Origin: Nemertoderma westbladi
Taxonomy: Eukaryota; Animalia; Xenacoelomorpha
Assembly: GCA_032718475.1 (NCBI GenBank)
Contig: JAUCBJ010009063.1
Span: forward strand, 1 to 64,000
Reading direction: 5' to 3'
DNA length: 64,000 nt
Of this stretch, positions 37,951 to 50,345 are shown in pieces. How positions within the stretch are numbered: position 1 is the first letter of the stretch; each line of letters begins with the position of its first letter. The translations under genes and the position numbers were made by a program. The notes under the pieces are model-generated. The model was not told where the DNA came from and made no database searches. It saw only the letters and a program-made list of their open reading frames with translations.

Positions 37951-39040
37951 AGGTCCATTTTGAATTACTACACTATATTCCAGGACAAGTATTAATATTC
38001 CAAATCTAAACTAAGCTAAAACAGATTATGGTAAAATTTTTGACAAGATGAAGCAACACCCTTAATGTTCACTTTTGGACCTTTGTGTCATTGGACTTTC
38101 ATCTTAATCGGATCATCACATTTGGACCTTTGCATTTGACACAATGCATATTGTTGTAGCCCGTCTTAAAAACTTTTGTACTTTCTGACTACTGTAGAAA
38201 AATGCCTAAGTAAAAGTGCTCATATTACATACAGTATATACAGTACGAGTACAGGCCACCAGAAAATGCTGATTTCATCAAATACATTTGCAGTAAACAC
38301 ATTTGTTCAAGTCATCTGATTGGCAGGTCACTGCATTAATTCAATGGCTTGTTATCTTCTAGATCACACAGCAGGATGCTGACGTGCTGGGACCAACAAA
38401 AGCTTTGTGTGCGAGCTTTTGCATGACAAAAGCTTTGAGAGCCCCCAGGGTGTAACATTGCGGATATGGGCTGTATTGGTCGAGAGAGAACTACATACAA
38501 GACCACTTGGAGATTCATGGAGTGTATGGGAGTGGATGGGTATATGGATGGAGGAGCCTAGATCATTGAATAATTAATTTAGTGCAGGGAGATGTCGCGC
38601 CATTAGTCTGGCACCGAGAGGGCACAGAGAAAGACCAGAACATGCCTTCCAGCTGCAGTGAGTGACAGTTCGCGGCAAACTACAGTGTTTCCAGATTAAG
38701 ATTACTAAGCGTTTCAAAAGTATCCTTATGTATCCTTTGGTGAAAAAATTTTGGTTATTGCCAATTCAAATATGTTCAATTATGTTCAATTGTCCCGTTC
38801 AACAACATTACATTACACAGGTACACATTTGAACAAATCTGCGTTTTCTGATGGCCTGTACTGTACCACCACTATTAGGATCAATTACTAGGATCAATTA
38901 CCAGCAGTTTATACAATGAAATGCCTACACAGTTCGCAATCTGTGATGTAAATATAACCCTAATTCATCTGCATTATCAAGATCAATCAGTATCTTTTCT
39001 AGATGTAATATTATGGTTTTGTTCAGAAGTCAGAGGTATT

Positions 39041-39110
39041 GGGTTAACTGGTTACCGCAACCGATGAGGCCTGATAGGCTGAAACGTACGTATAGTGCTG
39101 GTTGAACCCC
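39041..39110 (+). ncRNA. Degenerate type I hammerhead ribozyme motif (Penelope/retrozyme-like)
   Basis: C(C)GATGAG-GCCT-GAT-AGGC-TGAAAC-GTAC-GTA. Stem I partly pairs ACCGCA with TGCTGGT, with an outer GGGTTAAC/GTTGAACCC pair. Confidence 0.65.
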
Positions 39111-39756
39111 CGGTGAAGCGTTTTCTCATTTTTTCCAATTCTGAACATAATCATAATATTATCTCATTTTTTCCACTTCTGAATATAATCATAATATTAC
39201 ATCTTTAATTACAGTTGCATTAACAGCTCAACTCCCATTCATTTATTAGTATCTTTTTTAGCTCAGCAGTGTCTTTAGCAGACATTTCAGGAATGTCAAT
39301 AACCAATCAACCGATTTATTAAATCAACAAATAATCGTTTAGATCGGAATTTGTGGCCAAAAACCTAAATTTCTTGACGATGTCGCTTAGCCTAATTGTG
39401 ACAAATTACTGTTAGTTTCTCACGCTACTGTGTGTTGTGCTACTTTACGTATTCACCATTTTATCTATTATTTCATATTGGTTTATATACTAATATTACT
39501 AAAATGGAATATTATCTGGAGTTAATGGTGCAGTATGACTGCAAACACAAAATAAATAAATTTGCGCTGGAAAAAAGGAATGCCAATAGCTGACCTTGAC
39601 CTCCACTCCATGCCATGTTTAAACTCACCAGTTGGATGAAATAGTACAAGATCATGGATAGGCTGAACAGTTTTGATCAGTGGCTGGTAAATTACATTGA
39701 TTGTAGATTAGGCCCCTGTAGTGTAGGGTACTGCTGTCATTTCTACCGAGGAGCTT

Positions 39757-40910
39757 ACTACTATTACTACTACGAGATTACTACTATGAGATCCTTCCAG
39801 GCTTCCCGATTCTCCATAGTTGTCGCAATTTCGTTTCTCCCAAGTTCAGAATCCCTTTCAAGTTGATCTATATATGTTATGGCCGGTCATCCAGGACTAC
39901 GCTTTCCATGAGTTAGTTGCCAGAAAAGTAGATCTGGTATGACCTCGTCTATACTTCGCCAGCAGTGCCCACTGAATCTTAATCTGCGTTCACGGTGGGT
40001 AGTTGATACAGGTGGTATGTATTGTACCATATAGCTCGGTGTTTGTCATGTGTTGTCTCCAGCTGATGTTTAGGGCTACCCTTAGTAGTCTTGTGTAGCA
40101 ACCATCAATTCGTTGTTCAAGTGATTTAGTCAGTGTCCACGTCTTACCCCCGTATAAAAATACACTTTCCACTGTGGCTCGAAAGAACTTGGTCTTCAGG
40201 TGCCTGGAGAGATCTGATTTCAGATGGTATCCATTTTTGATAGAGCTACCCAAGCCTTTGCTTTCATAACTTCTATGTCCTTTTTGCTACTCTCTATCCA
40301 TGATCCTAGGTATTGGAAGTCGTCGACCTTCCTTAGTTGAATATTATCAATGATTGTCAAGTTTCCATCACCATTAAAAGACATGAATTCGGTCTTGGTA
40401 GCATTTATATGCAATCCAACCTCCTTAGCAGCCCTCTCCACTTTATTTAGTAGAAGCTGTGCATGCATCTGCTAGCGTATTAGAGAGCAGGGCGATGTCA
40501 ACCGCAAAATCGGTATCTGTGACTGTAGTTGCCGGATATCTACTACTTCTTCATTCTTGAAGTGTGAATTCCAGACTTTAACCCTTTGTGGCCATCCCCA
40601 TTGCGTAATCCAGTACAATTACAAATAGGAATGGTGCTAATGTGTCACCTTGCAGTAAGCCAGCCGGAATTGAGAAAAACTTAGTTTCACCATTTGGTGA
40701 GAGTACCTGTGCTTCTGTGTCACAATATAACAATCCAATGCCAGCAATAATTACTTCAGGTATTCCATAAGCTCTTAGGATTTCAAGCATTTTATCTCTA
40801 TGGATGGAGTCGAATGCCTTCTTGAAGTCCACAAAAGTCATGACTGCGGGGAGATTCTTTGACTTAATTCCTTCAATCAGACTCCATAGTGCAAGTATCT
40901 GAGCTATTCC
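39757..40910 (-). pseudogene. RTE-clade LINE family B, 5'-truncated
   Basis: FVDFKKAFDSIHR, GLLQGDTLAPFLF, YLGSWI and FFRATVESVFLYG in ORFs 40578..40841, 40220..40468 and 39990..40253. TAG-type tail near 39757-39785. Confidence 0.92.
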
Positions 40911-41959
40911 CGAGGAGCTTAAATAGCAATAAAGTTCTGATATTCGATAAATATTGCCAATTTAGTGAAATAAAACTATTCTGTCCGAGTATTTCAGTTT
41001 TACACAAGAGATGACAAGTTTTTAGCAGGAGTAAATCAAGTTGAGAAAATCAAAAATTGTGTTTTCCGTTACGTTTTTATATCGAATATATTGTTTTATT
41101 GGAAGAAAAATATCACCTGCGTTATCAATTCGAGGTAAAGACCCCAAGATCCCTTCCTATATCAATAGGCCAGTTCATATATCGGATTTGGATTTGGATG
41201 GAGATTCGGATTTGGATTAAGGTTCGGATTAGGAAGGGTGGTTCTGATGTATCAATAATAAATAATGTATTAATGTATCTTAATTAATAATGATGATTTA
41301 ATTTTTAGGGGTGTATTTTTCTAAAACTATAAAGAAGATATTAGAAAAATTTGAATTAATGACTTTATGCGTTACTTTGGGTCAACATCAAAAGTTATCT
41401 GAAACTCGTATCGGTTCTTACAATACTGGAAAAATATTTGTTTGTTTGTTGTTTTACTACTCATAAACAACAAAATTTACCACTTTGAACGATATATAAT
41501 TTTAATCATATACAGTACATTATTTACCGGGAGTGGACGTTTAGGGTTTTAAATATAATTTTAGTTTATTTTGAATAAAAATAGGGCCTACTGTACAGAT
41601 ACTGTACACTGGCCTACCTACAATAGTAGGCCTACCGCTGTTGAATTACTGGTATTTGGTGTGATTAACTGTGTGATACTATTTACTTTCACTTTAGAAT
41701 TGGCAAGAATTGCTTCCATTTACTGAAAGCCTCTATCTATGGTCCATACAGCTACCGGTACTTCTGTGTATTATTAAATTAAATTATTATAAATATTAAA
41801 AACTGTAGAGTTATTAAACATTGTATCTTTCAATTAACATGTCGGCTGCAACACTGAAGCGAAAATTATTTACTATATCTACTCTACATTTTCTATTACT
41901 GATAAGCTCAGAAAAACACAGCGTAACAGAACATTACCCCTGAAATTATTCAATGAACA

Positions 41960-42430
41960 TACATTTTCTGAATTACGCAAAAAAGCATGACGCACAAACA
42001 TACAGTTGTTCACGCGCTTTGACAACATCATGAAAGAATATCGCCGTAAATTAGTATCTGCCAGCGCAACAGGGGCAGGTGAGGGAAGCCTCGAAGAAAA
42101 TCACGATAAATACGAACTCTCAATATATGGAAGTGAGAAGCTATTCGAAATGGATGGTGAAATAGAGCAAAGGACACAAAAGTACGGTTCTGCAGTTGCC
42201 CCAATATTTGTGAGAGATGAGAGCGATGTTGTTTTTCGTCGACCAGCACCGAAATCGCCAGACAATGCTCCAATAGCTAAAAAATCTAAGCCTGGCTCGG
42301 AATTTAAGCAAATATGCGAATCTCAAACGGTGATTATGCAGTAACTCTTGGAAGAGTCGCGCCTTACAAATATCTTGGAATGTTTGCGAACGCCTTCTAC
42401 TGATCAACAATATTATCTGCCATCGCATAA
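41960..42430 (+). pseudogene. Myb/SANT-like DNA-binding protein remnant (PIF/Harbinger accessory ORF type)
   Basis: QLFTRFDNIMKEYRRKL..SATGAG...LFEMDGEI...P..VRDES pattern followed by a KKSK/helical tail. In-frame stops on both sides. Confidence 0.55.
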
Positions 42431-44207
42431 CGTGAATGACTATAGTTTGTTAGAATTACGAAGATATTATATTTGACTACAGTCGTACTATATTCACTTT
42501 AAAGTAGCCTACAGTTACTTTATGCTGTACTGAACTCATAATGTAGCCTACATCAGTTTTACACTATGTTATTTTATGTAATTCATTTATAATTTTAAGT
42601 AAAATAATACTGTATATATATAATTTTAATGCAATCGTTTTATTTAAAAACTGTTATTTTTATTAATTTATATTATAAAGTCAAACCATATTAAATAAAT
42701 GCGTGATGTTGTCACAATTTTATAGTACTGCTCTATGTTATTTTATGAAATTTAATTGAATTTTTAGTGTTACGAATTAATAGGGTAAATAAGCATACTG
42801 TCTGGAATATTAATGTAAACATGTATAGGTATACTGCACTTGTAATTTTACTTAACAATAGAAAGGCCAGACAATGACTACCCCTAGAAAGGACCTGTGT
42901 GTCAATTTTGACACACACCATTATTCAGTTTAAATTTACCCCAGTTGTCTGTCTATTCGAGCCATATTATTGTATGGTGGCAGCTTTGCATACGGCCCTG
43001 CAGTATTGATATCAGAAAAGGGTCTGTTTGCTATACAACGACGGCCCGGCACTATATTCAATTCCGTGATTGGTAGGGCCTATAAATCAGTTTCACAAAG
43101 GACTACTGAGGACTACAGTCCTATCCGCACTCACCGGTACTCACTACACAGTAGTGAATTTATCCTTATCCTGCTTCCACATGATAGATTTGGGTACTGT
43201 ACATACTTTCTAAACAGTTACAATAATTACAGTTAGTTTGGTACATAAAAATCATTTCTTCACCGTTAGTTCTGTAAGTAATGTTACTTTCTTTCCCTAC
43301 CGTATATGCCATAGAGCAGTCAGAGCAAATTATAGCAACTAAAAATCTTGTTTTTGTAAAACAATAACAATCGAATGATCTGTTTTTAATTTTCCAACAC
43401 AGAAATGCAAAAGTAATTCGAAATTATATGGCAAAACCATGGCATTAAAAAATTTCTAAATTCCACCACAATCTATCTATCCAAAACCACCTGAAACTCG
43501 AAAAGTAAGATAAGATTAAGGATAAATAAGTTTCAGATTCAGATGCGGGATCAAATTTGAGTCTCTAGAATCGGCAAAGAAAGAAATACAGTTTTTGTAA
43601 CTTGGTAGCGCCAACCCCCCCCCCCCCCCCCCCCCCCCACTCCCCCACCCAAAAAAAACTATTTATAAGTAATATTTATTACATTTGGATTATAAAACAA
43701 ATTTATAAATATATGTATATTTAGTTAGCTTTTATTCTTCACTTTGTTTAGACATATTTCCAGAATAGGTGGTTTACGTATACGTATAGAGGAGAGGCAT
43801 TCATTATTAATACGTTGTCATAAATTACCGTGCATCCATTTGTCACAAAATCGGGCAATTGGCTTATTAAATGATCATTTAATTGTGATTAATGGACAGG
43901 ATATATCTCATCATTAAACAATGGGGAACTATCATGAGTTTGTGCATCGTTAAAATTCCACTTTATCACCTCTGACATGTATGTCAGCTATTAATTAAGC
44001 TTTTTTCAATTATTTTCGGTGATAGCAGAAATTCAATTTGCTATGATACTCGCTGATTTTCGCATGCTGCATATCAGAGAGATTAACGCCTCTCTGACAT
44101 TGTATTACTATAGTATTACCACAAAGACACATTCACATTTTCATGACTTTCTACCATTACCAAATAAATATGAGAAAGGCGGCGGGTTTTTCTAACCAAA
44201 ACAATAA

Positions 44208-44534
44208 CAGGAAGTTCCTAGGAACAATAAAAGTGGGACCGTTTATGATTTTGATTAAAGAGCGTAGCTCTGTAGCTCCTTTTCCTTAATTTGAAATAGT
44301 AAGTCAGGCTAATGACGAGTTTAGTTGTATATTTATTTGTTCATGTACAATGTTGTAAACATTTTACATAATTTAAGCATTAATATAATTAATTCACAAT
44401 TGATAATACAAAAAATTAAACGTTACCTCTCATTTGATAAATTATTTCTACCATTTTCCCAGCGTATAGTAATAGGCATTACATTCCTCAGTTGGCAGAA
44501 TTTACCAATCCATTGCTAGGCAACTTGTAAACAA
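44208..44534 (+). promoter_or_regulatory. Putative promoter with RFX X-boxes, forkhead, CCAAT and ETS motifs
   Basis: GTTCCTAGGAAC 44214-44225; CATTGCTAGGCAAC 44511-44524; GTAAACAA 44527-44534; CCAAT 44505-44509; CAGGAAGT 44208-44215. All lie within 500 bp upstream of the ATG at 44700. Confidence 0.55.
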
Positions 44535-44699
44535 AATTATAAGCATAGAATAACTGAGTCAATGTAAATCTGCAGTTTGCCATGGCTTGCTTGGACTTGA
44601 CTATAGTTACTGTAGAGAGCCGCTTCTTGCAATATAGCATAAGTTTTATCATGTTATTAATTTTACAATAAATTAGTTTTTGCTTAAAAACGATTTAAT

Positions 44700-44856
44700 A
44701 TGGCCGATTACTTAAAACGTTTCAACATTAACGCACTCTTTAATGAGTTAATGAAAAAGATAGTGTTAAATAAACCCGAAGAACCATTAGAATTCCTTGT
44801 AGAAATGTTGCAGAGAAAAATAGAAGCAACGAGGAAGTTTGATTTAGAAGTGAAAG
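44700..44856 (+). CDS. Coding exon 1: RIIa/Dpy-30-like dimerization/docking domain (C8orf34-like protein)
   Basis: MADYLKRFNINALFNELMKKIVLNKPEEPLEFLVEMLQRK has the YL...I..LF..L......P..P..FL...L pattern. Donor AAG|GTAAGT, phase 1. Confidence 0.85.
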
Positions 44857-45729
44857 GTAAGTTTTCTTTATAGTTATATAATCATCACCTTAATTACACA
44901 TTTAATCAAAAATACCTGTTCTTGCAATGTACTGCACAAATGAACCAAAGAGAAACACAATTATGAGTTCTCACCGTAAATATACTTTTTAAAAGGCCTT
45001 TGTGTGTTATGTTTTGTTATATTACAATATAACATAATAACCTATTTTCAAGTAGGAGTAAAAAAAATATGGTAATTCAATGCCTGGGTTAGGATTTAAA
45101 GTCTTTATGGTACCATAATTTTTAACAGCATGACATATAGTATCAGTATTTTTATTATATACAGTAGATCAGTATGCAGTATTTCTCAACACTCCACAAC
45201 TTTTTCGTTTCTTTTTTCCCCCTTCTTTCTTTACTGTGCTTTAATTAAGATTTGCTTCCTTCTTTTCAAATAAATACTGTTGCCTATGTGTAGTTGTTGC
45301 TATCATTGTATCGCGTGATAATATTTCCAAACAATTATGAAATTGGGAGACAGGGGGGATACTCGACGCAAAACCCACCTTGGCGGATTAATATCCCGCC
45401 TTAATGTTAAATTCTCAATTTAGTGAAAGGAGCAGGGAGTGTCCCATTGGGGGATCCAATGGGACAACCAATGATATTATAGACCATACGCGACATTCAC
45501 CACCGCTTTTTAAAGTCTGCATTATAAACTCTGGAAATAATAGTTGCTTAGCAATGCCACATAACCAATAAATAATTATTTACGTTTGTTTATTCATTTT
45601 TTGTTAATGTGAATTTTTTATTCAATGTTTTCACCACATCTCTAAATGTATCTTCTGAATCTGTTTGTGCTAGTGGGTCTTGGTGAACCTTAAGACTAAC
45701 GGTACACAATCCCATTTGTTTACTTTCAG

Positions 45730-47072
45730 GTAAAACACTGAAGCCGAAAAAGGAAATCTCATTTAAAAAAGCAACAACCGATAACAAAGTTGAACAAGTA
45801 GACATGGTTGGAACAACTACAAGTAACAATGCTGTGGATGGTGGTGTTGTAGACTTTTTTAATAATGCCTCTTGTGGTAATGGTCAACCTAATACAACTG
45901 ATGAAAAACCATCAACACATGAAAGGCAACGGGCCTCAGATGATAGAGTGCCAGACATTCACATTAGGGGTCAATCTACAGATGTTAGAGAACTAACAAT
46001 AGAGGATAAAACCCCATTAAATATTATTGAGGAACACCATCCTAGCATACACAAAGCTACTAATCATGAAGAAGCCAGCGAATCAGAGAGAGCATCAGTT
46101 ATTGAAGGATTGGATAGATCACCCCCCGAGTCAATGGTAGCGAAATGGATTGATAGAAATGAATTTGCAATGGGAGAAATCGGCAAACAAGAAAAATTAC
46201 CCCGAGATATAAAAGTAATATGTTCAAATTGCCAATCAGTAACTCCTGGATATCTAGGCCAGAAATCGATACATGTCAAACCTGGGTGTCCTATAGAAGC
46301 ACGAGTCAGCATCTGCACAAAGTGCAATTTAGCAATCAGTGGGTTCCCTTTAATAGCTTCCTCTATCTCAGATATCCAAGATGAGTCCTCGGCTTCTGAA
46401 AAGGAAGAAATTCATAAAATATCAGAGGTAAAAAATGCAGTCTCCAGCATTAAGGAAGTTCCAATCTGCCACTGTCCAAACACACCAGAAAAACCAACAA
46501 AATTCAAAGATATTAGTGAATCTGAGTCTGATATTGATTATAAGAAGAATATTAGTAGAGATGACTATTATTTAGATGAGGATAATAATCTGAAATGCAG
46601 AAATAAAGATATTCCGACATTGATAGAAAACAATTATTTTCAACATGAAATGTATCCAACAGACACTGGAAATATTAATTCATTGCACTCCAACAGCAGT
46701 TATTATGGAAACCCTAATCAGATGATTAAAATAAATTCCGATTCCCAACAACATAATATCGTTAGCAAATATGGTAGTAAATCAATTTTAGGTCCTTGGA
46801 GGGAGATGCCCAGTAATCTATATTACAACATTGCTGATAGGTATGGTTCAAATAATCAGACTTGTTCGATAGGAAACACAACTTCATTGGTTCCCAGACT
46901 ACACCTTTATAACGAGGAAAATAGACAAACTCGCCACTGCATAACTGAGTCTCAAGATCAATCTAACACTAAGCTTTACAGGATACCTAATGTAAACCGT
47001 CCCCTAGACAACCAGCGTGGCGTCCAGCATTACCATAGCAACTCCAGCACAACTGACTACACTACATCATAA
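45730..47072 (+). CDS. Coding exon 2 of the docking-domain gene; joined protein 499 aa, mostly disordered with CxxC pairs
   Basis: Acceptor TACTTTCAG|G. The phase matches exon 1 and is in frame with ORF 45804..47072. Contains CSNC and CTKC motifs. Confidence 0.8.
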
Positions 47073-47246
47073 TTCTGGACTATGTGGTCACAGTGGTAGA
47101 ATTAATTGTATATCTTGTTTGCACGGTAGGAACTCATCCTGATCACGAAGTAATTAAATTATCATAAAAGTAAATTTATAAACTTTAATTATTAAGACAC
47201 AGTTTACATGAATAATGATTTACATAAATGATGCTTTATAATGAAA

Positions 47247-47520
47247 ACTACTACTCGGATCGGCATTCTGCATTGCAGCTGCATTTTTAAGAATGCTGTA
47301 CCAGCTTGTCGACAAAATTGAGCCACCACAACTCCCTATCAACCATGACATTTGCTAGATCATCCGCAGCTTCAAGGCCAGTGTCCTTTAAGATGCGTCT
47401 CAAGAAAGTCATGGGCTGTCCACCATGCTTATTCACTCCATGAGGCTGCCAAAGTACAAGATTATGCACTGGCTGGTCCTCATGGCGAAAGCGATGTCCT
47501 GTTTGTAAATACTAAATATT
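47247..47520 (-). mobile_element. Short RTE-A 3'-end derivative with AATATTTAGTATTTACAAAC head and TAG tail
   Basis: Nearly identical to 1285-1540 up to CAGGACA, then carries the same head as the copy at 7943. Confidence 0.85.
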
Positions 47521-48070
47521 GGCAAGGGTGTTCTGTCAGATGGCCTCCATGATCTTTCCTGCTCAAGGAGCCTCGGCACTCAATGTTGAACGACATTGTG
47601 CGCCGGGCGCTCATCAGCTGTGGCGTCCCTGCGACGCTTGAGCCACTAGGCTTGTGTAGAGAGGATGGGAAGCAAGTAGATGGCATCACCCTGGTCCTGT
47701 GGAGTCGCGGGCACTTCATCACGTGGTACGCGATGGTGGCGGACCCACTGGCGTCACCTCGCCCAACACGCTATCTGCTGGATGCCTCACTGCAGAGGAA
47801 GCGGAAACTCTAAAGATCCACAAGTACCAGGAACTCATGGACAGGGGCTACCTCTTCCACCCAGTAGCCTACAAGATCTCGGCCACCCCCGGCCCTGAAA
47901 CATCCGAGTTCGTGAAGGAGATCGGGGCAAGACTCTGTCCCCCCAGAGCCCCGATGTCACCGCTCCCTCCTGCAAATAAGGCTGGCAATCACCATGCAGC
48001 CTCCATATTGGGACCATGGACCCCTCACTCACTAATAACGAGGGACTCTACGAGGTGGTCCATGGTCCCT
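47521..48070 (+). pseudogene. CRE-like retrotransposon C-terminal restriction-like endonuclease fragment
   Basis: RHSMLNDIVRRAL..GVPATLEPLGLCREDGKQVDGITLVLW...AETLKIHKYQEL..GYLFHPVAY, a degenerate RPDG and K..KY RLE pattern. Confidence 0.85.
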
Positions 48071-48534
48071 AATACCCCACCCCCCCCCCCCCCCCCCCCC
48101 CCCCCAGCTCTCGTATTTTGTTACTGATATATTAATTCTCTATTATGTTATGATTTGATTGATTATTTTATTAATTTTATACATTTTTAAAAAATGTTGT
48201 TAATACTACTGTACAGTAGGATTATAATTAATACTTTCCTAGTAGTAAATTATAGCATTGTTGTTGCAAGCCCTAGTTGATTTAATAATAAAATTGCTTG
48301 TAAGTGGTTTATTCCGTTTATAATATAATAATTACTTTTTTATTATTTAATCATTTTCTAATGTATTTATTAGGGACCTATATATTTTTCCTATTGTTTA
48401 AGATATTGCCACTCCACATAAACCGAATTTTCTAATTTGGCGCCCTTCGCAAATCGGCGCACTCTGACACTGGTATAAAATATGTTACAACAACAATATG
48501 TATTATAAATAAGAAACATGTCCTAATTATATTG

Positions 48535-49594
48535 AAAAATGAAAATATCACAAGTAAAAACACCGAATGTTGAAAAATATCAAAAATATCACGAGATCAA
48601 AAAATATGGCAAGTAAAAATATCGCGAGTGAAAATATCGTTAGAAAAAATATTACAAACAGGGGAGTGGCGGTTTTATCGCATAAGTTTAAGGTTAAGTC
48701 CTGGTAGGTGGACAGTTAGGTCCCGGTAGGTGGACAGTTAGTCCCGGTAGGTGGACAGTTAGGTCCCGGTAGGTGGACAGTTAGGTCCTGGTAGGTGGAC
48801 AGTTAGGTCCCTGGTAGGTGGACAGTTAGGTCCTGGTAGGTGGACAGTTAGGTCCCGGTAGGTGGACAGTTAGGTCCCGGTAGGTGGACAGTTAGGTCCT
48901 GGTAGGTGGGCAGTTAGGTCCCGGTAGGTGGACAGTTAGGTCCTGGTAGGTGGACAGTTAGGTCCTGGTAGGTGGACAGTTAGGTCCCGGTAGGTGGACA
49001 GTTAGGTCCGGTAGGTGGACAGTTAGGTCCCGGTAGGTGGACAGTTAGGTCCCGGTAGGTGGACAGTTAGGTCCCGGTAGGTGGACAGTTAGGTACCATA
49101 GTAGGTGGACAGTTAGGTACCTGGTAGGTGGACAGTTAGGTCCTGGTAGGTGGACAGTTAGGTCCCGGTAGGTGGACAGTTAGGTCCCGGTAGGTGGACA
49201 GTTAGGTCCTGGTAGGTGGGCAGTTAGGTCCTGGTAGGTGGACAGTTAGGTCCCGGTAGGTGGACAGTTAGGTCCCGGTAGGTGGACAGTTAGGTCCTGG
49301 TAGGTGGACAGTTAGGTCCCATAGGTAGGTGGACAGTTAGGTCCTGGTAGGTGGACAGTTAGGTCCCGGTAGGTGGACAGTTAGGTCCCGGTAGGTGGAC
49401 AGTTAGGTCCTGGTAGGTGGGCAGTTAGGTCCTGGTAGGTGGACAGTTAGGTCCCGGTAGGTGGACAGTTAGGTCCTGGTAGGTGGACAGTTAGGTCCTG
49501 GTAGGTGGACAGTTAGGTCCCGGTAGGTGGACAGTTAGGTCCCGGTAGGTGGACAGTTAGGTCCCGGTAGGTGGACAGTTAGGTCCCGGTAGGT
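48535..49594 (+). repeat. Dispersed element with a conserved AT-rich flank and a 22-bp tandem array (about 41 copies)
   Basis: Unit GGTCC(C/T)GGTAGGTGGACAGTTA at 48698-49594. Flank 48535-48697 is shared with 57061-57255. Confidence 0.93.
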
Positions 49595-49599
49595 CGGCT

Positions 49600-50070
49600 G
49601 GCCTATTTCAATATAACAATCATTTACTGGGCCCTCTCTATCATTTCTTTTTCATGACCACACCAGCTGGTGTTTCTATCATTGAGTCTATGGCAATTTT
49701 CGTGTTATGGGGCTATATTTCGAAATAAAACAAGTTGAGATGTTTCAATTTAAACCGCGATTTTACCCATAGAAATCTATTTTCATGGTTTATGCAAAAT
49801 TTCATCAAAATCGTTAGAGTCGTTTACTGATTACTGTACGAATTGCTTATGGCTGGCTGACTGACTGACTGATCTACAGCCAAAACTACTCTAAAGATTT
49901 CGATTAAATTTTCACAGCGGCTGGCTGACCGGATTCTAAGGTCCCTGGCATGATCGGCTACTACGTCCATAGCCTCTGGGCTCGAAAAATAGTCATAAAC
50001 AAAAAAAACACCAGCTGGCGCTCATGAAAAATGGATAGAGATGGCCTAGAGATGCTATTCAATAGGAATG
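49600..50070. mobile_element. MITE-like element with degenerate inverted ends; related sequence at 54970-55080
   Basis: TTTTCATGACCACACCAGCTGGTGTTT is mirrored by AAACACCAGCTGGCGCTCATGAAAA. 49660-49705 matches 54970-55015 in inverted orientation. Confidence 0.5.
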
Positions 50071-50125
50071 GCCAACTAACAAGGAAGTACTTTCTGTGCA
50101 CCCAGACTCTAAAACCTATCAACCC

Positions 50126-50345
50126 TACTACTACTAGGTCGAATGAACTCGGACAGTGGAAATGAGATCCTTCCAGGCTTCCCGATTCTCCATAGTTGTC
50201 GCAATTTCGTTTCTCTCAAGTTCAGTTTCCCTTTCAAGCTGGTCTATATATGTTATAGCCGGTCGTCCACGGGTACACTTTCCGTGTGTTGGTTGCCAGA
50301 AACTTAGATCTGGTATGACCTCGTCTTTACTTCTCCAGCAGTGCA
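50126..50345 (-). mobile_element. RTE family B 3' end fragment with (TAG)n tail
   Basis: HCWRSKDEVIPDLSFWQPTHG...GRPAITYIDQLERET; CTACTACTACTAG at the end. Confidence 0.9.

Noticed and set aside
48698-49594. Interstitial telomeric repeat
   Set aside because: TTAGG occurs only once per 22-bp unit; this is not a (TTAGG)n or (TTAGGG)n tract.
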